From: Rebecca billardiae RCC1528
Lineage: Eukaryota; Protista; Haptophyta
Length of the DNA: 64,000 nt
NCBI GenBank assembly: GCA_965240325.2
Contig: OZ251250.1
Span: forward strand, 248,001 to 312,000
Direction: 5' to 3'
The notes under the pieces were generated by a model. It saw only the letters and a program-made list of their open reading frames with translations. It was not told where the DNA came from and did no database searches. Shown in pieces: positions 1 through 10,934 of this stretch (position 1 is the stretch's first letter; every line of letters begins with the position of its first letter). Position numbers and translations under genes: made by a program.

Positions 1-533
1 CCCAGCTGCAGGCGGAGCGAGCAGGGCGCGGCGGGTGCGCGCGGCGCGCCGGGCGCGGGCGCGTCGGCGTGCCGGCGGAGCGCGTCGATGGCGGTGCGCA
101 GCGGGAGGGGATCGATCTCGACCACCTCGTCCGGCGCCGTGCCCGCCGCGTACGTCACGCGCACGCCGGGCGCGCGCGCGGAGCTCGCGAGCAGCTCGCG
201 CAGCTCGAGCGAAAGCACGCTCGGCTCGTAGTCGTGCGCGAGGATGGCGGTGCGCGAGATCGCGGTGTGCAGCGTGTCGATCGCGTGGGAGATCTCGGCC
301 GAGACGCACACCATCGCGTCCGCCACCTCGGCGGCGCTCGTGCCGCCGGGCTCGCGCGCGCACCGCTGCATCACGTCGACGAGCGCCGCCGCGCGCACGA
401 GCGGGTTGCACACCGAGTCCTGCAGCGAGAGGAGCGCGCTGTTGTCGTCCGTGCCGCCGAGCATGCGCGCTTCGGCGGCGGTGGCCGCCGGGGACGAGCC
501 GGACCGGCCCGTCGCGCCGGCTCGCGGCTCCAT
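1..533 (-). CDS. Partial CDS running off the window start; degenerate histidine-kinase-like protein (HisKA/HATPase-like, H-box His apparently lost)
   Basis: ATG at 533, open to position 1, with GC3-rich codons. Manual translation LQDSVCNPLVRAAALVDVM...AIDTLHTA...GVRVTY...IDPLPLRTAIDALRRHA aligns by eye with the neighbouring kinase (MHDLRSPL...AVDTLHTC...GVRLSF...GDVRRLLQCLSNGLSNA). Confidence 0.5.
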   Translation of the reverse strand, partial: MEPRAGATGRSGSSPAATAAEARMLGGTDDNSALLSLQDSVCNPLVRAAALVDVMQRCAREPGGTSAAEVADAMVCVSAEISHAIDTLHTAISRTAILAHDYEPSVLSLELRELLASSARAPGVRVTYAAGTAPDEVVEIDPLPLRTAIDALRRHADAPAPGAPRAPAAPCSLRLQL

Positions 534-2663
534 GTGGTGTGGAGCGTGCGCCCGAGGCCTGTGAGCTTGCTCAGCGTGGGGACCGGGCCAGCGCAAGTTC
601 AAGTCGAGGTGTTTCGGTTTGGTGGCGCCCGGCCTGCATGGATCTGCGGGAGTCTTCGTCTACGGCCCTTGCTTCGTCCCTCCCCAAACATTGATCCTGC
701 TGATTGCGCCTTTGTGTGCCACGGCGAATCAGCGATGAGACGGCTGCTCCCGTGCGGTGCGCCTTTAATGAAATGAATATCGGTGTTGAAAGTGCGAGCA
801 CCAGGTTGATTGAATGATTGCTCTCATATTTTAGCTGTTGGCGGGAGCACATGGCTGATGATTCATCAAGGAGCGGTAGCTGATCCACGTGATGGAGCCA
901 AAATTACCTGCTCGATTCTCATTCGACGGGCCGATCCACCAGTGATTCAAGGAACTCTGTCGAAGAATAATGAGCAATCACAGATTGACTGCTCACCACC
1001 CTCGGTGGGCCAGATTTGGGCCAGATCAGCATCACGTTGGTCGGAGGAGATCCCCCCAAAATATTATGATGACCATCAAGATGATTGAGCAGGATTTAAT
1101 TAAGGAACTTGGTGACCCCGACGATCCCGCGATGGTGCCGCGACTCAGGGCGTCCACAGCAGGCGAAGTGCGCGGAAGGGGGGGGTGGGACGAGCCGGGC
1201 GCTAGCCGCCAGCGGTTCGCGGTGCTGCTGCCGCAGTCGTGGGACCTGTCCCATCAGATGCTTGAGCGGCGAGTGAGCCGCGCCGCCGGTTCCGGCGGCC
1301 CCGTGCGCCGTAGTTCCGCGAATCGCGCCTCTACGAGTCTAAGCCGCGGTCGGCGTGTGACCCCGGGCCGGAGGCAGGGGCCGGCACAGCCGAGTCTAGC
1401 AGCACCGGGCCGCCTGCGCCCGGCAAATGAAAACTGCATGCCACCAGGGCGTTCGTGAGCTCGCGCTTGACGTGTGCTCCAAACCCCTGGCTCGGTGCTG
1501 TCACTAGCTGTCTGTCTGAGTGCCGGCGGCGGCGCGGCCGGCGGACGGTGCCGTGCGAGACTCAGACCCGTCCGGCACGGGTGACGTGAATGAGTATACT
1601 ACAGGTAGTACAGAGTAATCGTGACTCCGTGAGTGAGCGTATGAAAACCACGACGTATATAGATAGCGTAGTATATGCTTCAATGCTGAGTTTGTGCTCG
1701 CCGCTGCCACATGGCTAATGACGGCCAGTCCGCGCCGAATCTTGATTCTTGTCAGAAGTCTCGGAACCGTGACCGAATCGGCCTCGGGAGGCCATTGCGG
1801 TTGTGCCCCGAGCGAGGGCGAGGGTGCAGGTCCGGATGTCAGACGGCAGTCTCAGCCGCTGGTAGCAGCTGGTCGAGCCTGCCCCGTGCCGTCCCCGGGC
1901 GGTCGCGTACGCGCTTGCCGCTCGATCCGCAGCTGGCTGGCTGGAGGCGGCTGGTGCTGCGGCGGCGTCCACGGGGGGCGCCTTCGCCCGCTCAGCTCAG
2001 CGGCACCTCCTCGTCGTCCAAGTCGTCGCCCGGGGGCGAGTCTCGGTCCTCGTGAAGGGGGGCAGCGGGGACTGGCGCGGGTACAAGCGGTCGGCGCAGG
2101 AAAAGCCATTTAGCCATCTTTATTTTCGTTCGAATTTGCCTGGAGATAGTCATCTCAAGACCACCATCTCGTTGTCTAATTGGTCAGGAGTCGGGGCGGC
2201 TCACCCAATATGCTCACTCTGAAACGGTTCGTGATGGAAGCCTCACGATAATGACGGCGGTATGTTCATCATGTACTACAATCATTGCCTTGGTTAAATT
2301 CACGTATCATCAGCCTCATCGAGCAGATGAATGTGCTTGGAAATGACCGTCAAGGGGGTTTGACGATGCTTCATTTTGTACATGATCATGAATTGACGAC
2401 GTCGACCACCCAAATCGAGGGCGGCACAATCCCATATTCATCTCGGCTTTTTAGCGGTTGATCAGCTCAGAAAACGAACCACTTCAGAGTCTTGGGCTCG
2501 GGGAACGAAACATTCGTATAGTAATGTCTCCGATGAGCGACGATTCGGCGCCCGCGAGATGCGCAGCGCGCATCTGCTCGAAGCTCGGGCGTTAGGGTGC
2601 GCTGAGCCCAGCTTGCCCGGGACTGCGCGTGTATATCGTCGCACCGGCCGCTGCCCCGCCGCG

Positions 2664-5600
2664 ATGCTCGGCAGACTGCGCAAGCCGCGCAACCGAGGGA
2701 GCGTCGAGCCGCAGCACACCGCATCCGACGCCTCCGCCAACGCCGTCGACTCGCTGCCGGACGCTGAAACGGCGAGCGACCTCGAGGCTGCCCACTCGTG
2801 GAAGAGCGCGCTCGCCGACGCCCCCGACCGCCACCCGCGCGTATCGCGCGGGACGAGGGCGTCGCACGCGATGCAGTTGACTGCGCACGTGACGGCCACC
2901 AACACGTCCGATTCGGTCTCTGGCGGCGCCACGCCAACGAGCGCGCGCTCCGCACCGGCGCCCGCGCCGTCCGAGCCGGATCTCGAGGCGGCGCCGGCGC
3001 CGGCGCCGGCGGCGGCGCCGGCCGCCGAAGGCAGCGGGTCGTCGAGCGCGCTCACCGACGTGCCCCCGTTGCGGCTCACGCCGTGGGGTGCCTTTCCGGA
3101 CGCGGCGGTCGAGGCCACGTACCGCCGCACCGACCTGCGCCCGCGCCTGACCGCGCGCGTGCGCTTCATCTCGAGTGTGTTCATGGTGCTGGGCGGCGGC
3201 ATCGTCGTGATGGACATCGTGCCGCGCGGCGGGATCACGACGATCTCGAAGATCAGCGGGTTCCTCTGGCTCACCGACATCGTCATGTTCCTGCTGTCGA
3301 GCGCGGTGCGCGCCTGGGCGCGCGTGCCGCTCGCCGCGCTCGAGTGGAGCTCGGCGATCTGGCTCTGTCTCTTCATCGTGAATATGGTCGTGTTTTACCC
3401 GTACCGGTTGGCGCAGCTGCTCCCGGACGAGTCCGGTGTGATCCTGGGCAACTCGACGGACTGCGAGTGGAGCCAGGCGGCCGCGATGCTCCGCGCGCTC
3501 GCCATCGTCGTCGTCGCCGGCCTCTTCATGCCGTTGCAGCACGCGCACTTCTTCCTTGTCGTCGGCGTGTCGCTCGTGTCGACGACGGTCGCCGAGCTGC
3601 TGCTGCCGCTGCCGTCGGGGCGCGCGGACGCGGCGCGGACGGGCGCGGTGTTCTTTCTGCTCGTCGCGACGATCGCGCGCGCGCACTGGGACCGCGTGCG
3701 CTCCGAGCGCGCGCAGTGGCACTTCCGCCGCTCCGTCGCCGAGGCGACGCAGGCGTGGCAGCGCACGCGCAAGCTCGAGCTCGACGCAAAGATCCGCGCG
3801 TCCTCCGCCGAGCTCGCAAAGGCGGCGCGCGCCAAGCTGATCCGGGTGGTGCGTGCGCGCGTGCGCGTGTGTCCGCCCGCCCGGCGGGTGGGACGGCGCG
3901 GCTCTGCGGCGCGCGCGCGGCGCCCCTGCTCTGCGTGCGCGCACCCGCCCAACCGCTCGTGTCGCCTCCGCGCTGCGCGCGCGCGCGCATTACCCACCGC
4001 CAGGTGATGCACGACCTGCGCAGCCCGCTGCTCGCGTGCAAGAACGTGGCGGACATGCTCTCGGCCACGGCGCACGACTCGCTCGTCGGCGCGCCGCCCA
4101 CCCAGCGCGCGGTGGACACGCTGCACACGTGCACGACCATCATGGAGAATATTGTCTCCGACATGCTCGGTGCGCGCCTTTTTCTTTTTCGGTTCTTTTC
4201 CGTGTTCTTCTCCTTCTCTTCCCTTTTTTCCCCTCGATATTGAATTCTTTGGGCTGCTGCTGCGCTCCCTGTTTGGTGTACCTGATTGCTGCGCTGCGCC
4301 GTTTGCTCTGTTGCGGCTGCTGCTCGCGGCCGGCGCGCGCGTGCAGGCGTCAGCGTGCACGCGCACGCGCGCGCACGCCGCTCCAGTACCTCGCTCGCGC
4401 GTCCGCTCACGCGCGCCGCGCGCACGCCCGCCCCTCGCCACCACGCCACCGCGCGCCGCCACGCCAGACTTTGAGCGCATCGACTCGGGCCGCCTCAACC
4501 TCGTGCCCGGGCCGTTCCGCTTCGCCAAGCTGCTCAAGGACGCCGAGACGACGTTCGCAAACCTCGCGCAGCGCAAGGGCGTGCGACTCTCGTTCCGGAA
4601 GCTTCCGCCCGAGGCGGCGGACAAGCGTTTCGTCGGGGACGTCCGCCGGCTGCTGCAGTGCCTGAGCAACGGCCTCTCCAACGCGATCAAGTTCACGGAC
4701 CCGGGCAAGCGCGTCACCATGCGCGTCTCCGTGCGCCCGCACCCGACGCGCTCGGCCGAGTGGCGCCATATTGTTTTGTCGGTCGAGGACGAGGGCATCG
4801 GGCTCACCGATGACGAGCTGGAGGCTCTCAATGCGCCCGAGGGCGAGTTCACGCAGGTGGGGCTGGGCCAGCTCCAGGGCAACGGCGGCACGGGGCTCGG
4901 GCTTTCGATCGCGCGCCACCTGCTCCGGCTGCACTGGGGCTCGACGCTGCGGCTGACGAGCGCCGGACGCGGCCGCGGCACCACGTTCGAAATGAACCTC
5001 ACACTCGCTCTGGCGTCGGACGACGCGGCGGGCGGCGGCAGCGCCGGCGACAGCGGCGCTTGGTCATTCCGCCCCGCCGCCGGTGTGCCGGCCATCCAGC
5101 GCGACCGCTCGGACTCGAGCGAGGTGTCGTCGCGGCCCTCCACGGCAGCCAACACGCCGTCGATGCCGTCGCGGCTGTCGCTCGGCCGCACGGCCGGCGG
5201 CGCGGGCGGCGCCGACGGCAGCGGCGGCACGCCGGGCCGGGCGCGGCTCGCTCGACTGCCGTCGGACCGCGCGACCAACGGCACGCGCAGCAGCTGCTAT
5301 GGCTCCACGCACTCGTCGCTCTCCGCCGAGCAGCTGCAGGCGCTCGCGGAGGCGGGCGAGGTGCGGCTGAGCGGCGGGGCCGCGGACGAGGACGCGCTGC
5401 TCGCGGGGCTTAAGTGCCTGCACGTCGAGGTGCGGCGCGCGCGCGGCGCGGCGCGCCGCGCCGCGTGCTGTCGCGTGCGCGCGCGCGCGCCCGGCAAGCG
5501 CATGCCGCGCGCGCGCGCACGCGCCGCCGCCCCGGCCCGCGGCCGCTCCGTTTGGCCTTGTTTTCTCTTCGCGTGAGTCTCACCGCCTTGCATCGTGTGT

Positions 5601-6271
5601 GTGCGCGCCCTTCGCTCGCCACCCCGCCGCCTCGCCGCGCCCCGCCCGCCGCGCGCAGGACGACCAGATGCTCCAGCTCACCGTCGGCGTTCAGCTCTTC
5701 TCACGGCTCGGTATTGCGCACGACACGGCCGCCGACGGGCGCGCGTGCGTCGCGCTCGTGCGCGCGTCGCTGCGGCCGGCGGCGGTGCCGTACGACGCCA
5801 TCGTGATGGACAACCAGGTGTGTGCGCGTGCGTGCGCGCGTGCGTGCGTGTATGTGTGTGTGCGTGCATGTGTGCGTGTGCGCGTGCGTGCGTGAGTGCG
5901 TGCGTGCCACGCATGCGTGCGTGTGCGCGTGCGTGCGCGCGCACTTCTTCTGCTTGTGTTCTCACTCGGCGCCCACGCGGCCACGCTGCTGCTGCTGCGA
6001 ACGCGCTGCGCCTCCCCCCCGGCGCGCGCAGATGCCGGAGATGACCGGCACGCAGGCCACGCGCGAGATCCGCGCGCTCGGCTTCTCCGGCATCATCATC
6101 GGCATGACGGGCGACCCGATCGGAAGTCCGGACCGTTCAGAGTTCGAGGCGGCCGGACTCGACATGTGCACGGACAAGACGACGGAGGGGATGGGCCAGA
6201 TCGAGGCGAGGCTGCGCCAGTACGCGGCGACGACGAGCATCATCGCGTCCGCCCGCCGCTCCGCTGCCTGA
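2664..6271 (+). CDS. Membrane-bound hybrid histidine kinase (multi-TM input, HisKA, HATPase_c, receiver), 5 exons
   Basis: Exons ~2664-3848, 4004-4169, 4468-5429, 5659-5817, 6032-6271, all GT-AG. Motifs: H-box VMHDLRSPL, N-box NGLSNAIKFT, G1 DEGIG, G2 GTGLGLSI, receiver HVEDD...VMDNQMP...TG...K. About six hydrophobic segments at the N-terminus. An alternative in-frame ATG lies at 2559. Confidence 0.9.
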
Positions 6272-6737
6272 CCGGTGATTAGCAGTGGGCGGCACTCGGG
6301 CCGACGCGCCGCCGGTGCCGTACAGAAGCTCGGCTCCGCCTCCGCCGACCGCCGCACCGGACGGCGCAGCGGGCAGCCGCGGCCCGCCGCGGGCGCCGGC
6401 GCGGCCGCCGCCGATCCGGTGGCGGGCCGGTCAGTCCGCCCTCCGCCGTAGATCTATATATATGAGATATATACATATATATATATATAGCATTATTTAA
6501 TAGCTATAGCGCAGCGCAGGTCTACGCGATCATGATATTGACCGGATCAGAGTCATCGTCAATGACCGGATGATGATGATGATGACGATGCTGCGTGCTG
6601 AGCAGAATGATAACGACGAGGCCGCCAGCGGCCCGCCAATCGCGATGATATGATCAGGGCGCGCGGCCTCGCGACGACGGCGACGACCGCGACGAGGACT
6701 CGCCTGGGCGAGGCAGCGCGCGGCGCGCGGGGCGCGC

Positions 6738-9556
6738 TCACGCCGCCGCCGCCGGCTGGGCGCCCACCAGCCCCGCCTGCCTGAGCAGCGTCTCCGGGCT
6801 CGGCTGCCGCCCGCGGAACGCCTCGAACACCTCCGCCGGGTGGCGCGAGCCGCCGAGCCCAAGCACCGTGTCGCGGAACTTTCGGCCGAGGGCCTTGAGC
6901 TGAGCGTCGTCGTCGAGGCCGGACTCCTCGAACGCGCCAAAGGCGTCGGCGGCCATCACCTCGGCCCACTTGTACGAGTAGTAGCCCGCGGCGTACCCGC
7001 CGGCGAAGATGTGCGAGAACGCGCACAGGAAGCGGTCCTCCGGCAGCGGAGGCAGTACCGTGAGATCCTTGGCCAGCTCCGCCTGCAGCGCGAACGGGCC
7101 GAGGCCGTCGGCTGGCGCGCTCGCCGGGTCGTAGGCAGAGTGCAGGGCCAGGTCGAGCTTTGCGAAGAAGAGCTGGCGGAGCATCGCGAGGCCGGCGTTG
7201 TAGTGCCGCGCGGCGACCACCTTGTCGAACAGCGCCCCGGGCAGCGCCTCCCCCGTCTTGTAGTGCGCGGCGAACGTGTCCACCGTCGGCTTGTGGTACA
7301 CCCAATTCTCCATAAACTGCGACGGCAACTCGACCGCGTCCCACTCGACGCCGTTGATGCCGGCGGCGTCGGCGTGCTCGACGGCGGTGAGCATGTGCTG
7401 CAGGCCTGCGGGCGGTGGTGGCGGGCGGTGGTGGGGGCGGGTGCGGCGTGGAGGGGGCTTGAGGGCGGGCGCGCGGGGGCGGCGCCGCCGCCGCCGCCGC
7501 TTCGCCACCGAGCCGCCGCGCCCCCTCCCCCCCTTCACTGCCCTCGCCCCGGCGCCGCGGCCGCCGGGCGCTCGGCGGGCGGGGCGCCGCGCCCGCTCGG
7601 TCGGTGGGACCCCTCGGCGCGCGGCCCGCGCACGCGCGCGCGCCGCCCCGCACCGTGCCCCATCTCGTGGAACAGCGTCTCCACGTCGCGGAACGCCATC
7701 AGCGACGGCGTGTCGCCGACGGGTGGCGAGCCGTTGCACGTTAGATACGCGACCGGCTTGCGGCCGAGTGCCTTCGACTTGCCGACGCAGACGTCCATCC
7801 ACGCGCCGCCGCGCTTGACGGCGGGGCGCGCGTACGGGTCGAGGAAGAACGACGCGACGTGCTCCTCCGCCCCGCCGCCGCCGCCGCCGCCCGGACTCCC
7901 AGTCCGGCGGCGCACGTGGAAGAACCGGACGTCCGGGTGCCACACGTCCGCATCGCCGTCCGCCGGTACGACAGAGACGTCGAAAAGGCGCTCGATCACG
8001 CCGAAGAGTCCGGTGAGCACCTTGTCGAGCGGGAGGTACTGCCGGAGCTCCTCGTCCGAGTACGCGTACAGCGCCTCGCGCCGCCGCTCCGACCAGTACG
8101 TCACGTCCCACAGCGCCAGCGGCTCCGCCTGTCCGCGCTCGGCGGCGAACGCCTGCAGCGCTTGGAGCTCGCGCTGCGCAGCCGGGAACGCGGCGGTGCG
8201 GAGCTCGTCGAGCAGGCCGTTGACCGCGTCGACGGAGCCGGCCATCTTGGCGGCGAGCGAGACCTCCGCGTAGCTCCCCTTCCCCAGCATCCGCGCCATC
8301 TGCGAGCGCAGCTCCAGAATCCGGGAGACCAGCTTCGTGTTGTCCGGACCGCCGTCGGCGCCGCCCGCGCGCGTGGTGAACGCTCGATACACCTTCTCCC
8401 GAAGATTCCGATCGGCTGCGTTCTGCATGAGCGGCATGTAGCACGGCATGTCGAGGGTGACGAGCCACGGGCCGGAGTCCGCCGTCGCGCCCTCCTCGCC
8501 CGCCGCCTTGGCCGCCGCCGCCGTCAGCGCCTTCAGAGAGTCCGGGAAGCCGGACACCTCCGACTCGGCCTGCGGCGCGCACGGCGCGCGCGGCGCGGGC
8601 GCGGCGCGGGCGCGGCGCGGGCGCGGCGCGGGCGGGCGCGCGCGCGCGGCGGCGAGACGCGTGAGAGGAGCGCGCGCGCCGCGCCAACGCGCACGGCCGG
8701 CGCGCAGCTGGCCAGCCAGCCGGCCGCACGGCGCACGCGCGCGCGCGAACACGCGAGCACGAACGCAATGCAAACATTCTCGTGGCAATCAATCAAGGCA
8801 GACAAACAGGCGGCGAGCGCGCGCGCGGGCGCGCGCGGCGCGCCAGTGGGTCACCGTGAGCTTCAGCTTGAACGCCTTGGTGGCGTCGAGGACGTTGTTG
8901 GAGAAGGTGGTGGAGAGCTCGGCGAGCTCGAGCTTGATCTTGTTGAACGCCGCCTGCGCCTCTCCCTCCAGCCCCACGCCGGACAGCTCCATCTCCCGCA
9001 GCGACGCCTCGACGACGCGCGCCTGCGTGCCGTCAAGCGCGCCGCCGTCGCGCAGGCTTTGAAACGCCCTGTACACGGCGGCGGACTGGGAGTACGAGGC
9101 CATGGCCTTGACGACGGCGGGCTGCACCTTCGCGTGCGCCTCGCGCAGCGCGTCCGAGTTGCTCACGCCCATCAGGTGGTTCACCACACCCCAGGAGTAC
9201 TCGAGGGGAGCGCGCAATTTCTCGAGCCGCTCGACGACCGACTCCCAGGTGGGCGCCATCCCGCCGGCGAGGTCGGCCTCGAGGGCCTTGAGGTCGGCCT
9301 CGAAGGTGGAGATGAGCGAGCTGATCGCCGGCTCCACCTGCGCCGGCTCGATCTGCGTGAACCGCGGCAGCCCCGCCTGGTCGAGCAGCGCGTTGCCGCC
9401 GCCCGACGCGGCAGTGCTGATCGGCGCGGCGGCGGGCGCGCTCATCGCGAAGGCGACGCGGCCGAGCCGCGTGGAGGGGGTGGAGCTGACGAAGGCCGAG
9501 CCGCACGCGACGCCGAGCCCGGCGGCCGCGAGGGCGAGCGAGCGTCGGAGCAGCAT
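6738..9556 (-). CDS. Oligopeptidase A (peptidase M3A) with N-terminal signal/transit-like peptide, 3 exons
   Basis: Exons 9556-8855, 8569-7654, 7405-6738. Spliced HEMGHGLQH (HExxH), plus [34 protein letters not shown] and KRGGAWM. The N-terminus [22 protein letters not shown] resembles a bipartite targeting sequence. Confidence 0.93.
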
Positions 9557-9800
9557 CTCCGCAGGCGGCGGCGCGGCGGCAATCACGAGCGCGCGAGGGC
9601 GCCGATTCGTCCTGAAGCAGATCGAGCGCTTCGCGTCCGCCGCCGCACGGCGACTGTCTTGGCCGAGCTCTCGTGAGTCGTGGCCGCGCGTGCGAAGCTT
9701 CGGGAGCTATCCTATCGCTTTTTCGATTTTAATCGGGCGGGCGGATTGTTTTCGGTCCGTGCCGGTGATCAGTCTCTCGGCCCAGTCCTAGGCGGCCTAG

Positions 9801-10742
9801 TCAGTCGACGGGCGCCAGCACGTCGCCGAGCGCGAGCTCGCCAGCGCGAGTGACCTGCGCGTACACGCCAAAGTACGGGCCGTGCTCCGGGAAGTGCTCG
9901 TTGATCAGCGCGGGCAGGTCCGGCAGCGCGGGCTCGGAGCCCGCCGCGCTGCCGCCGTCATCGCCGGCGGCGGCGCGCGGGTCGTACCCAATGCCGGCGC
10001 AGCGCACGGTCTTGCCGAGCACGCGCAGCTCGAGCCCCGAGCGCTCGGCGCGCAGCGTGCGCCCGACCCACGCCATCTCCGCCCACGGCGCCAGCTCGTC
10101 CACCACCACATTCGCGCGGAACCGCAGCACGCTGAGCCGCTCGGCGCCAATCTCGCGCGCGAGATCGGCCACAGAAGTCCGGGAGATCAGGTGCACCGTG
10201 CGCACGTCGCCGCTGCCCGAGCGCACGCCGGCGCGCGTGTTGCCGAACTGGTGCTCGCGCGGCGCCCGTGGCGACGCGCACACCACGCGCACCGCCTCCC
10301 CGCCCAGCACGTGCGCCGAGAGGAACCGAGCGAGCGCCGCGCGGCCTGCCGGCCGCGCGAGCGGCACGGAGAGCGTGGCGGGCGCGCCGCGCGCGCGGCT
10401 GGCCTCGTCGCGCCAGCGCACGGCGAGCTGGTCGGTGCGGTCGTCGAAGGAGGTGCGCAGCCGCGCGAGCGCCTCGCCCGCCGAGAACGCCGAGAAGAAG
10501 AACTCCTTGTGCACCCACCGCGGGTCGTCCGCGTCAAAGCCCGCGCCGGGCTCGCGCGCGCGCGCGCCGCGCAGCAGCGCGTAGCGGCGGTCGGCGGGGA
10601 AGGCGTCGCCCTCGCCGAGCCGCACGCGCTCGAGCTCGTCGAACCACAGGCCCTTGCACGGGTAGCGGTGCAGCGCGCTCACGCGCGCCAGCGAGCCCGG
10701 CGAGGCCCACAGCAGCGCGCCGAGCGCCGCCGCGGCAGCCAT
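9801..10742 (-). CDS. MOSC-domain protein (mARC/YcbX-like), full length and intronless
   Basis: MOSC_N motifs VSALHRYPCKGL and DRRYAL; MOSC motifs VHLISRTSV, RFRANVVVD, PWAEMAWVG, TVRCAG (conserved Cys) and FGVYAQV..GELALGDVL. Confidence 0.88.
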   Translation of the reverse strand: MAAAAALGALLWASPGSLARVSALHRYPCKGLWFDELERVRLGEGDAFPADRRYALLRGARAREPGAGFDADDPRWVHKEFFFSAFSAGEALARLRTSFDDRTDQLAVRWRDEASRARGAPATLSVPLARPAGRAALARFLSAHVLGGEAVRVVCASPRAPREHQFGNTRAGVRSGSGDVRTVHLISRTSVADLAREIGAERLSVLRFRANVVVDELAPWAEMAWVGRTLRAERSGLELRVLGKTVRCAGIGYDPRAAAGDDGGSAAGSEPALPDLPALINEHFPEHGPYFGVYAQVTRAGELALGDVLAPVD

Positions 10743-10934
10743 CGCGGACGGCGGCCGGAAGGGGTGCAGCCTTTGCCGTGCCCGTGCGGGCACTGGGCAG
10801 CCCTGCGGCCCCTGCCCCTGCCTCCCCGTCCGCGCGGTTGCGGGAGGGTCAACCAGCCATCGCGCAAGGGGGCGCCGCGGCCCTTTTGGTTCGACGCGCG
10901 CGCCAGCCGGTGCTCTGCGCACACGCTGGCCGGA

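Noticed and set aside
560-2460. ORFs in the lower-GC interval between the two divergent kinase-type genes
   Set aside because: There is no coding-like codon bias or recognisable domain, and no element ends were found, so it was treated as intergenic.
9882-10934. Long N-terminal extensions of the repeat ORFs (also at 15882, 27159, 32154, 37138)
   Set aside because: They have non-ATG starts and are the antisense shadow of the MOSC coding sequence.
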